From Synechococcus sp. (GTDB lineage: Bacteria > Cyanobacteriota > Cyanobacteriia > PCC-6307 > Cyanobiaceae), in contig JBJBEO010000001.1 of assembly GCA_047284725.1 (NCBI GenBank), positions 2,488,203-2,552,202 on the forward strand: DNA of 64,000 bases, in the 5' to 3' direction. A program made the translations under genes and the position numbers. Positions 33,444 to 44,061 of this stretch are shown here, one piece after another. The notes beneath the pieces are model-generated. The model saw only the letters and a program-made list of their open reading frames with translations, was not told the DNA's origin and ran no database searches. Each line of letters opens with the position of its first letter. The first letter of the stretch is position 1.

Positions 33444-33573
33444 GGACTGCTGCGGGCTCAGGTCCCCCAGCCTGACTGCTGACCTGTTCGGGAACCACAC
33501 CTCGTCTTGGGGCCATGGCTCTGGTGAAGATGCAGAAGTTCAAGACGACATTTCGACGAGGAGGTGGGATCCC

Positions 33574-35481
<1,908 letters not shown>

Positions 35482-35513
35482 GCCTTCCAGACTCTGATCC
35501 GTTGGATCGTCTG

Positions 35514-35542
35514 CCCCGCCTGTCTGTCAGGCGGGGTTTTTT
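35514..35542 (+). terminator. Intrinsic terminator of dnaK
   Basis: ccccgcctg-loop-caggcgggg followed by a T run. Confidence 0.85.
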
Positions 35543-35851
35543 GATGAGAAAAAATGCTTGTCAGAAGCAGTGCTTTACTGGGAAACAAAGAGGAACATCA
35601 ATCTTGATTGGGTTGGATGTTTCATGAGGAGAATCAGGGGGTATGGAGGTATGTATGCAGGCCAGGGGTCGTTTTTGCACGCTTTAGCGGTGCAATGCTT
35701 CCCATTAAAAAACCGCGGCAATAATGCCGCGATTGGTGCGGTGAGTGAATGGTGAGCGTGTCTTAAGACTCTCTGAGTTGGTCCTGTCGGGTGCTGTTGG
35801 GGCCGCGCCTCCCCATCGGTTGATCGACTGCGCGGTGGGTGTTCCTGGCGC

Positions 35852-35876
35852 AAAAAAAGGGGGCGTGAGGCCCCCT
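35852..35876 (-). terminator. Intrinsic terminator of pstS
   Basis: aaaaaaa-gggggc-gtgag-gccccct: hairpin plus U tract on the minus strand. Confidence 0.75.
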
Positions 35877-35897
35877 GTCTGAGGATCCCCTGTGGGA

Positions 35898-36899
35898 TCA
35901 CTCGCTGATGCTGTTCGCCGCGGCCTTGGCTTTGCTGACCACTTCGGGGGGGAGGGAGACGTATCCGAGCTCAGGTGCTTTCGACTGGGCCTCCTCGGAG
36001 AGCATGTAGTCGAAGGTTTTCTTCAGCAACGGTTTCTTGTCGTCATTGCCGGTTTTGTAGGCCAGCACCCAGGTGAAGGTGACGATGGGATAGCCCCCCT
36101 TGGGGTTGGGGTTGCTGCCGATCAGGTCGGGGCCGAGGTCAATGGAGCCCAGGGCTTCACTGGCGGTGGCATTGGTGGGTTTCACCTGTTGCCCAGATGC
36201 GTTCTGCAGGGAAGCAGCCTGAAGCTCACCCTTCACGTAGGCCAGTTCCACATAGCCGATGCCGCCTTCAATCTGGCTGAGCTGTGCAGCCACACCTTCG
36301 TTCCCTTTGGCACCGACACCGGTGGGCCACTTCACGGATTTGTCACTGCCGACGCTGGTCTTCCACTCGGGGCTGATGGCAGCCAGGTGCTGGGTGAAGT
36401 TGTAGGTGGTGCCGGAACCGTCGGAACGATGCACCACCCGGATGGCTTGGTCACCGCAACCCAGTTCGTTGAAATTCTTGATTTGGCCGAGGAAAATCCC
36501 GGCCAACTGGTCTTGGCTGAGCGTGAGCTCACAACCGGGGTTGTTGTAAGCGACGGCAATGGCGCCGGCTGTCATCGGGATCTGCACCACGCCGCGATCC
36601 ACCTTGGCGATCGCCTCGGGCTTCATGGGCTTATCAGAGGCGCCGAAGTCGACGGTGCCAGCGGTGAATTGCCGCACGCCGGCGCCGGAGCCCACCGACT
36701 GGTAGTTCACATTCAGGCCCTGGGGGGCGAGATCCTGGAACCAGCGTTGGTAGATCGCGGCGGGGAAGGAGGCGCCGGCGGCTGAGAGCCGACCTGTGAG
36801 CTTGTCGCCTTCACTGCCAGAGGAGCAGGACACCAGGCTGACGGCTGCACCGATGCCGGCGACGGCGGCGGCAGTGCGGAGCAGGAGTGAGCGAGACAT
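35898..36899 (-). CDS. pstS: Phosphate ABC transporter substrate-binding lipoprotein
   Basis: GASFPAAIY, YQSVGSGAG, DFGASD, HRSDGSGTT, GAKGNEGV, YPIVTFTW. Confidence 0.96.
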   Translation of the reverse strand: MSRSLLLRTAAAVAGIGAAVSLVSCSSGSEGDKLTGRLSAAGASFPAAIYQRWFQDLAPQGLNVNYQSVGSGAGVRQFTAGTVDFGASDKPMKPEAIAKVDRGVVQIPMTAGAIAVAYNNPGCELTLSQDQLAGIFLGQIKNFNELGCGDQAIRVVHRSDGSGTTYNFTQHLAAISPEWKTSVGSDKSVKWPTGVGAKGNEGVAAQLSQIEGGIGYVELAYVKGELQAASLQNASGQQVKPTNATASEALGSIDLGPDLIGSNPNPKGGYPIVTFTWVLAYKTGNDDKKPLLKKTFDYMLSEEAQSKAPELGYVSLPPEVVSKAKAAANSISE

Positions 36900-36965
36900 G
36901 TGAGTGGGTCACATTCAGATCACCCAGATTTAGCGACGAGCCTGCCCTGCTCTTTAAAGAATGGC

Positions 36966-38087
36966 TTAAGGCTTCGTAAGCATTGTGCTGCCGATGCCGG
37001 GCTGGGGGATCTGATCAGTCACCCATTCGGCGGTGGCAGGGGCCAGCAGCACGCCATTGCGGTAATGGCCGCTGGCCAGGATCAGTCCCGGCTCCAACAC
37101 TTCCAGCAGAGGTGCGGGACGACCGCTCGGCCGGGCCCGAAGTCCATGCCACTGATCCACCACACTGGCTTGCCGCAGCCATTCGGGCGCATCCCCTTCC
37201 AGACGCCGCATCACCAGGGTGGCCCCATGGTCTGGTGCGCTACCCGGTTCAAGGGTGGCCCCCAGCCAGAGTTGATCGCGGCCCTGCCGCACCAGGTTCA
37301 CGCCATGGCTGACCAGCACGGCAGGCCATTGGCTGTTGAGGGCCGCTGGGTCGTTGAGGCGCAGTTGCAGCACCTGACCCAGCACCGGTTCCAGGGGGCG
37401 TGCGTGACCAAGGGGGGCGAGGAGCTGTTGACTGGCAAGGCCGGTGCAGATCACCACCTGGTCGGTCTCCAGTCTGCTGCCATCCTTCAGGTCCAGCCGC
37501 CAACGCTGCTGGTGTCGTCCCAGTCGGAACGCCTGGGTTGCCCTCAGGGCCACGTCACGTTGGGCGAGTTTGCGGCGCAGGGCCTGCTGCAGAACGAGGG
37601 GATCCACCCGGCCATCGCGCTGTGACAGCAGTCCGCCATGACGCGCTGCGGGCCAGTCGGGATGGTCGCTTGCCAGGGAACGGGCCGAACGAAACGCCAG
37701 TCCGAGATCGCTGCGGGCCTCAGCCAGGCGTTGCTGCAGGTCGGCTTCCTGCTCGGAGGCGGCGAGCTGAACCAGCGGTGTGTGCAGGATCAGCGGTTCT
37801 TCCGCTGTGCTGAGCAGTTCCGACCACAGGGGCCACAGTTCCATGCTGCGTCGCCGCAGCCGCCAGGCGCGGCCGCTGGAACGGCGGAACACCTGGCCCA
37901 TCAGGATCCCAAGGGAGGCTGTGGTGCCTGTCAGGGCAACCCCGCTGTGTCGGCTGGGATCGCGGGCCAGGGCCGGATCGATCAGGGTCACCCTGTGACC
38001 TGCTCGGGCAAGCCACCAGGCGGTGCCGGCACCGATGGCACCCGCACCCAGAACCGCAATCGAAGGGTTCAGATCGACACCGCTCAG
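36966..38087 (-). CDS. FAD-dependent oxidoreductase (DAO/glycine oxidase-like)
   Basis: N-terminal IAVLGAGAIG Rossmann motif upstream of the ORF-track start; GLRARP, GHYRNGVLLAP; probable CTG start. Confidence 0.85.
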   Translation of the reverse strand: MSGVDLNPSIAVLGAGAIGAGTAWWLARAGHRVTLIDPALARDPSRHSGVALTGTTASLGILMGQVFRRSSGRAWRLRRRSMELWPLWSELLSTAEEPLILHTPLVQLAASEQEADLQQRLAEARSDLGLAFRSARSLASDHPDWPAARHGGLLSQRDGRVDPLVLQQALRRKLAQRDVALRATQAFRLGRHQQRWRLDLKDGSRLETDQVVICTGLASQQLLAPLGHARPLEPVLGQVLQLRLNDPAALNSQWPAVLVSHGVNLVRQGRDQLWLGATLEPGSAPDHGATLVMRRLEGDAPEWLRQASVVDQWHGLRARPSGRPAPLLEVLEPGLILASGHYRNGVLLAPATAEWVTDQIPQPGIGSTMLTKP

Positions 38088-38545
38088 TTGAGCGCTTGCT
38101 CAGGAATCACCCGGGCGTAGTTGGCAAAGCCCGTTGCCACCGACACATAGCCCTTCTGTAGACGCGCGCCATCTTGGAGACGGGCCGCTTCGTCAAGGTT
38201 GGCCAGGCCATCTTTCAGGCTGGTGGCCAGCTGGTTGGCCTCGGCGCGATCGCCCGGCAGCAGACGCTGGTTGATGTAAAGCATTTCGCGACCCACCTCC
38301 TGCATGGGGCCGTGGATCAGGTTGCGGGTGAAGGTCCAGTCACGGGCATTCACCAGCTTGGCCAGTTCAGGCAGGCGATCCTGAGCCGCCTTGAATTCAG
38401 TGGCATTGCGCCGGATCACGGCCATGTCATCGGGGCTGATGGTGGCAGCCTTGGCGTTGGCACCGTCTCCGCAGGCCACAAGGCTGAGGCAGAGGCAGGC
38501 ACAGAGGCAGAACGAGGCTAGGCGACGCAGGGCTCTGAGTATCAC
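38084..38545 (-). CDS. psbQ: Photosystem II lipoprotein CyanoQ
   Basis: Lipobox LVAC, DWTFTRNLIHGPMQEVGREM. Confidence 0.88.
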   Translation of the reverse strand: MILRALRRLASFCLCACLCLSLVACGDGANAKAATISPDDMAVIRRNATEFKAAQDRLPELAKLVNARDWTFTRNLIHGPMQEVGREMLYINQRLLPGDRAEANQLATSLKDGLANLDEAARLQDGARLQKGYVSVATGFANYARVIPEQALN

Positions 38546-38633
38546 GGAGCAGAGAAGGAGAATGGCCGCGACTTTACCCGGGTTGGTCGGCCCCCAGCGC
38601 GGTCGCGAGAATGGTTGTTCATGCGTTCGGCTT

Positions 38634-39488
38634 GTGACGTCGCCTTCCGTCATCCTGCAGTTGATCTGCCCTGACCGGCCTGGGTTGGTGAGCGAGCTGG
38701 CGGGTTGGGTGGCAGCCAACGGCGGCAACATCCGCCATGCCGACCACCACACCGACGCGGGTGCTGGGTTGTTTCTGAGCCGCCTGGAGTGGGAGCAGCA
38801 GGGTTTCGGGCTGCCGCGGCCAGCGATCGCCCCGGCGGCCCATGCCCTGGCTGAGCGGCTGGGGGGAGAAGCCCAGCTGCATTTTTCAGATGCCTTGTCG
38901 CCGGTGGCGATCTTTGCCAGCAAGCAGAGCCATTGCCTGCTGGATCTGCTCTGGCGTGCCCGCAGTGGTGAGCTGCCGATGCAGGTGCCTCTGGTGGTGG
39001 CCAACCACCCCGATCTGGAACCGCTGTGTGCGGAGTTCGGGGTGGCCTTTGCCTGCGTGCCGGTGACGGCAGCCACCAAGCCGGAGGCGGAACGCCGCAT
39101 GTTGGCGCTGCTCGAGGAGCACGGCATTGAACTGGTGGTTCTGGCCAAGTACATGCAGGTGCTCAGTGCTGATTTCCTCAGCCGTTTCCCCACCGTGATC
39201 AACATCCACCACTCGTTTCTGCCGGCGTTCAAAGGAGCGCAGCCCTATCACCGCGCCTGGGAGCGGGGGGTGAAGTTGATTGGAGCCACGGCTCATTACG
39301 TCACCGAAGACCTCGATGATGGTCCGATCATCGAGCAGACCACGGCGCACGTCGGTCACCGCGATGAGGTGGAGGATCTGATCCGTAAAGGCCGGGATAC
39401 GGAGCGGTTGGCCCTGGCAAGGGCGGTCCGTTTGCACCTTCGCCGTCAGGTGATGGTGTATCGCGGTCGAACGGCAGTGTTCGCCTGA
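38634..39488 (+). CDS. purU: Formyltetrahydrofolate deformylase
   Basis: CPDRPGLV ACT domain, INIHHSFLPAFKGAQPY, LDDGPIIEQ. Confidence 0.95.
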   Translation: MTSPSVILQLICPDRPGLVSELAGWVAANGGNIRHADHHTDAGAGLFLSRLEWEQQGFGLPRPAIAPAAHALAERLGGEAQLHFSDALSPVAIFASKQSHCLLDLLWRARSGELPMQVPLVVANHPDLEPLCAEFGVAFACVPVTAATKPEAERRMLALLEEHGIELVVLAKYMQVLSADFLSRFPTVINIHHSFLPAFKGAQPYHRAWERGVKLIGATAHYVTEDLDDGPIIEQTTAHVGHRDEVEDLIRKGRDTERLALARAVRLHLRRQVMVYRGRTAVFA

Positions 39489-39518
39489 TCGGGGCGACGG
39501 CATGCGGGCGCGGCTGGG

Positions 39519-40865
39519 TTGGTGCGTTGTCTGGTGTTTGCATGGGTCGTTGCTCTGATGCGTGTGCCTGGCGTCCTCGCCGTTGTGAACCAGCGCCTCC
39601 GGGCTGGTTGTCCGCAGGCGGCTTCGCCCGTGGGTTGGCTGCTGTTCCAGCTCGGCTTGCTGCTGCTGCCCTCAACCGTGCTCCTTGCCAGCCTGCTGCT
39701 GTTTCCCGCGTTGATTCTGGGCAGCCTGCGGCGGCAAGGCGCCTATTGGCAGGACCCCTGGAACTGGCCTCTGCTGGCGGCCGGCGGCTTGATGCTGATC
39801 GGGTGTTGGACCGCCACCCGCACCGATCTGGCCTGGGCCGGACTGGCCAACTGGCTGCCGTTTTTCTGGGGGTTCTGGGGGTTTCAGCCCTATCTGGCGG
39901 ATGCCGCTGCCCGTCGCCGCTCGGCCCTCTGGTTGGTGGCAGGCACCGTTCCGGTGGTGGTGACCGGTCTGGGTCAGCTGTGGGGCGGCTGGCAGGGGCC
40001 CTGGCAGTTGCTGGGAGGTTTGGTGATCTGGTTCGTGGCGCCTGGCGGCGAGCCCGAGGGCCGTTTGTCGGGCCTGTTTGATTACGCCAACATCGCCGCC
40101 GCCTGGTTGGCTCTGGTGTGGCCCTTCAGCCTTGCGGCGTTGGTGCAGCCCGGTCTGCCCAGGATCCGTCGGCTGGTGGTGCTGGTGTTGGCGGTCACTT
40201 TGGTGACGGCCCTCGTGCTCACCGACTCCCGCAACGGCTGGGGGGCGCTGGTGCTGGCGGTGCCTCTGGTGCTGGGGCCGGTGAGTTGGCCCTGGCTGTT
40301 GCCCTTGCTGGCCCTTGCGTTGGTGCCAGTGGTGCTGGCCGTGGTGCCGGGGGTTCCGCCTCTGTTGCAGGACCCAGCCAGGGCCCTGGTGCCGGAGTCG
40401 GTGTGGTCGCGCCTCAGCGACAGTCGTTATGCCTCCGAACGGGCGTTGGCCTCCACCCGGTTGAGCCAGTGGGGCGTCGCCCTTGATCTGATTGCGGAGC
40501 GGCCCTGGCTGGGTTGGGGGGCTGCCGCTTTCTCCGTGCTCTATCCCCTGCGGACCGGTCAGTGGCATGGCCATTCCCACAATCTGCCGTTGGAACTGGC
40601 CGTGGGCCATGGGCTGCCGGTGGCGGTGGCGGTGGTGGGTGTGGTGCTGGCCCTGCTGGTGGTGAGCCTGCGTTGCGGCCGCATCGGCCTGTTCGATCGG
40701 GCCTGGTGGGCCGCTGTGCTGATCCTTGTCGTGCTGCATGGCACGGACATGCCGTTTTTTGATAGCCGGCTCAACATCGCCGGTTGGGTGTTGCTGGCGG
40801 GGTTGCGCAGCCGCATCCGCGACCATCACCGACAGGAGCAGACGTTGACCCTCACCCCTGGCTGA
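39519..40865 (+). CDS. O-antigen ligase-like membrane protein
   Basis: Polytopic; GRLSGLFDYAN, TDSRNGW, RPWLGWG, HSHNLPLE; start uncertain. Confidence 0.82.
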   Translation: MVRCLVFAWVVALMRVPGVLAVVNQRLRAGCPQAASPVGWLLFQLGLLLLPSTVLLASLLLFPALILGSLRRQGAYWQDPWNWPLLAAGGLMLIGCWTATRTDLAWAGLANWLPFFWGFWGFQPYLADAAARRRSALWLVAGTVPVVVTGLGQLWGGWQGPWQLLGGLVIWFVAPGGEPEGRLSGLFDYANIAAAWLALVWPFSLAALVQPGLPRIRRLVVLVLAVTLVTALVLTDSRNGWGALVLAVPLVLGPVSWPWLLPLLALALVPVVLAVVPGVPPLLQDPARALVPESVWSRLSDSRYASERALASTRLSQWGVALDLIAERPWLGWGAAAFSVLYPLRTGQWHGHSHNLPLELAVGHGLPVAVAVVGVVLALLVVSLRCGRIGLFDRAWWAAVLILVVLHGTDMPFFDSRLNIAGWVLLAGLRSRIRDHHRQEQTLTLTPG

Positions 40866-42486
40866 GGGCATCCTGCCGGTGCTCAAGCAGTCGTTCTCGG
40901 CTGAGGGGGCCATCGAGATGGTCCCAGGGCAGCGCTGCCGATGGGTTCCAGGCGTCGTGCACGACGCTGTCCCAGCTCGGTGGGAGCGGCAGGCTCACAC
41001 CGGCGCTGCGCGCATCGGGCAACTCACCGGCGCGGGCCGCCCGGTAGGCCTTTTTCCACCCCCCCAGGCTGTCCTGGGAGCCGCGGACCGCTGCGATCAC
41101 GGGAGCCAGTCGCCTGTCGCTGCGGGAGAGCAGGGCCTGGATCACACTCCAGCCATAGCTTTCCGGTCGCAGGTCGATGCCTTTGGGCTTGAGCCGTTTG
41201 GCCAGCAGCTTCAGTCGTTTCTCCGCCTCCGGTCTGACGCCTTGCCACTGGAACGGGGTGTGGGCCTTGGGCACAAAGGTGCTCACCCCAAGGGTGAAAC
41301 GCAGGCCTGGTGTGGCTTTCTTGAGGTGCAGCAGCAGGGCGGCGGTGGTTTCGACGTCGTCGTCGTTTTCGCAGGGCAGCCCCACCATTCCGTAGAGCTT
41401 CAGCGCTTTCAGACCCCCTTGTTTGGCATGGCTGGCGGCTGCTTCGATCTCCTCTCCGCTCAGCTTCTTGTTCACCACTCGGCGCATCCGCTCGCTGCCG
41501 CTTTCAATCGCGATCGTGAGGGATTTGCTGCCCCGGGCGGCCAGCACGGCGGCCAGCTCTGGGGTAACGGTGGCGGCCCGCACGGAGCTGACGCTGACGC
41601 GCAGGTCATCAAACCGGTCGTGGCCCAGCCAACGCAGCAGGTCGTTGAACTGGGGGTGCTGGGTCACGGAGGCCCCGAGCAGGCCCAGGCGTTTGGTGGC
41701 CGTCAGCCCTTTCTCCACGGCCGGGATGAGGCCGTCGTCGAGCGATGGGGTGCGGAACGGCAGGGTGAGGTAGCTGGCCAGACAGAAGCGGCAGAGTTCC
41801 GGGCAGCTGCGCACCACCTCCACCATGTGGATGTCGGGCCAGGCGGCGTCGGGGGTGATCACGGTGGAGTGGCTGAGGCTGTTGCCCCGCCAGGTCTGTT
41901 TCGCGATCCGAGCTGGCAGGGCCGGATCCACCGGCTCCACCCCCAGCAGCGTTCCTCCGGCGTCGTACCGGGGGGCGTGCAGGTCGGGCACGTAGAGGCC
42001 TGGCACCTGGGCCAGATGGGTCAGGCGCTCCTGGCGTGGTCGGTCCTTCACGGCCTGGAGGGCGTCGATGAAGGCCGGCAGCAGATCCTCGCCATCCCCC
42101 AGCAGCACCACATCGAAGAACGGCGCCAGTGGTTCGGGGTTGGCGGTGAGCACGGGTCCGCCGCCGAACACGATCGGGTGCTCGTCGGTGCGCTCGTGGC
42201 TCCAGATCGGAATGCGCTGCTGGTCCAGCAGATCGAGCAGCACGGGGCCGTCCAGTTCCCAGCTCAGGGAGAGGCCGAACAGATCGCACGACCGATGCGG
42301 CGGGTCGCTCTGGTCGGTGAACAGACGGCGCACGTCGAGATCCGGGCGCATCGCCAGGGTGGCCCAGACGAGTTGGTAGCCAAGGCTGGTGATGCCAACG
42401 GTGTAGGTGCTGGGAAACGCCAGCACCGTGCGCAGGGCACCGGGCTCCGGCACAGCCGGATCAAACAGCAGGGTTTCGTTGTTCAG
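40852..42486 (-). CDS. Radical SAM protein (B12-binding/Elp3-like family)
   Basis: CPELCRFC motif, FPSTYTVGITSLGYQ, FVPKAHTPFQW; probable CTG start. Confidence 0.9.
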   Translation of the reverse strand: MNNETLLFDPAVPEPGALRTVLAFPSTYTVGITSLGYQLVWATLAMRPDLDVRRLFTDQSDPPHRSCDLFGLSLSWELDGPVLLDLLDQQRIPIWSHERTDEHPIVFGGGPVLTANPEPLAPFFDVVLLGDGEDLLPAFIDALQAVKDRPRQERLTHLAQVPGLYVPDLHAPRYDAGGTLLGVEPVDPALPARIAKQTWRGNSLSHSTVITPDAAWPDIHMVEVVRSCPELCRFCLASYLTLPFRTPSLDDGLIPAVEKGLTATKRLGLLGASVTQHPQFNDLLRWLGHDRFDDLRVSVSSVRAATVTPELAAVLAARGSKSLTIAIESGSERMRRVVNKKLSGEEIEAAASHAKQGGLKALKLYGMVGLPCENDDDVETTAALLLHLKKATPGLRFTLGVSTFVPKAHTPFQWQGVRPEAEKRLKLLAKRLKPKGIDLRPESYGWSVIQALLSRSDRRLAPVIAAVRGSQDSLGGWKKAYRAARAGELPDARSAGVSLPLPPSWDSVVHDAWNPSAALPWDHLDGPLSRERLLEHRQDALSQG

Positions 42487-44027
42487 AGACTGTCTCGCGT
42501 CGGTGGGGTGTCGGGTAGTGGGGTGTCGGGCCGTGGGGCGTCGGGAGGTGAGGCGCTGGGGGGTGTGGGTTTGGGGGGAGGCGGTGGCGTGAAGGCCCGC
42601 CGCCGCACCGATCCCATCCAGGCGTGGTGAATGCCGCCTCGGCGCTCCCGCTTGGCTTCGAGGCGGTCTTCGTCCGCCAGCTCCATGCCCAGCTGACGTT
42701 CGTAGATCGAGCGTTCATCAAACAACCGGGCCACCAGGAAGCTGGCCAGGCAGGCCACCAGGATCGGCTTGAGGATGAGCAGATCCTTCGTGAGCGCAAA
42801 GGCCAGGAACATGGCCGTGATCGGTGTGCGTGAGCAGCTGGCCACAAAGGCCCCCATGCCGGCGAACACGTAGGTGCTGGGCACATGGCCGGTGAGCGCC
42901 TCCACCCAGATGCCGCACGCCAGGCCAATGGCGCCCCCCAGGGTGAGCATCGGGAAGAACAGCCCCCCCGGTGCCCCGGATGCGGCCGCCAGCCCGGTGC
43001 TGAAGAACAGCACCACGAATGTGCCCAGGGCCATCGGGATGTCGACTTCGCGCGCGGCGATCAGATCCTTGAGGCCGTCGAGGTTGTGGAAGGCTTCGGG
43101 CAGGAAGGCGTACACGGCCCCCAGCACCCCGCCGCTGAGCACCATGCGCAGCACGAGGCGATCCCCAAACCAGGCATCACCTTTGCGCTGCATCGCCAGC
43201 ACATAGCGGCAATAGAACTCCGCCAGCACCCCCACCACCATGCCCAGGGCGATCAGGTAGCCCAGGTCGATCGGCAGAAAACTGACCGAGGGGGTGTATT
43301 GCCGCTCCAGCTGGAACCCCTGGGTGGCATCGAGCCCCCCGGTGGCCGGACTGATGCCCACCAGGCCGAGCACATCGGCCCAGGCATCGGCCCAGAAGGT
43401 GGTGACGATCACCAGGAGCAGCACCACAGGCCTGGCCGAGTGCAGCAATTCCTCTACCGCGTAGATGAAGCCACCGATCGGGGCGCTGAACACGGCGGCG
43501 ATGCCGGCACCGCCGCCCGCGGCCACGATCACGCGACGGAAGGCCACCGGTGCCTTGAGCCAGCGGGCCATCTGCCAGGCCACCGATCCGCCCATCTGCA
43601 CCGCCGGGCCCTCAGGACCCAGGGGAAAGCCACTGCCGATGGCCACGATGCCGGCCACCAGTTTCACCAGGCCCACCTGCAGGCCCATCGGCACCGCCCG
43701 GTGTTTGAGGAATCCCATGATGTGGGTGATGCCGGAGCCGCCGGCCGCCGGTGCCAGCCGTGACACCAGCAGCCCTGAGATCAGACCGCCGCCTGCCCCC
43801 AGGCTGGGCAGCACGGCCCAGGCGGGAAACTCCGCCAGTAAGTCGAGTCGCCAGCCCCCCAGCAGTTTCAGACCCGCCTTGAACAGCACGCCGGTGAGCG
43901 CCGCCCCCAGGCCGGTGAACATCAGGGCGAGAACCACCACCCACCAGCGCCGCTCCAGCAGACGGCGGATGCTGCGGCTGGAGCCGAGCTGATGGCGGCG
44001 TTGTTTCAGTTCGCTGAGGACGACCAT
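42483..44027 (-). CDS. ClC family H+/Cl- exchanger
   Basis: GSGI, GPEGP, GLFFP selectivity-filter motifs. Confidence 0.93.
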   Translation of the reverse strand: MVVLSELKQRRHQLGSSRSIRRLLERRWWVVVLALMFTGLGAALTGVLFKAGLKLLGGWRLDLLAEFPAWAVLPSLGAGGGLISGLLVSRLAPAAGGSGITHIMGFLKHRAVPMGLQVGLVKLVAGIVAIGSGFPLGPEGPAVQMGGSVAWQMARWLKAPVAFRRVIVAAGGGAGIAAVFSAPIGGFIYAVEELLHSARPVVLLLVIVTTFWADAWADVLGLVGISPATGGLDATQGFQLERQYTPSVSFLPIDLGYLIALGMVVGVLAEFYCRYVLAMQRKGDAWFGDRLVLRMVLSGGVLGAVYAFLPEAFHNLDGLKDLIAAREVDIPMALGTFVVLFFSTGLAAASGAPGGLFFPMLTLGGAIGLACGIWVEALTGHVPSTYVFAGMGAFVASCSRTPITAMFLAFALTKDLLILKPILVACLASFLVARLFDERSIYERQLGMELADEDRLEAKRERRGGIHHAWMGSVRRRAFTPPPPPKPTPPSASPPDAPRPDTPLPDTPPTRDSL

Positions 44028-44061
44028 AGGTTGAGCTCGACCACGCAGGGCCGGTGGGGAA

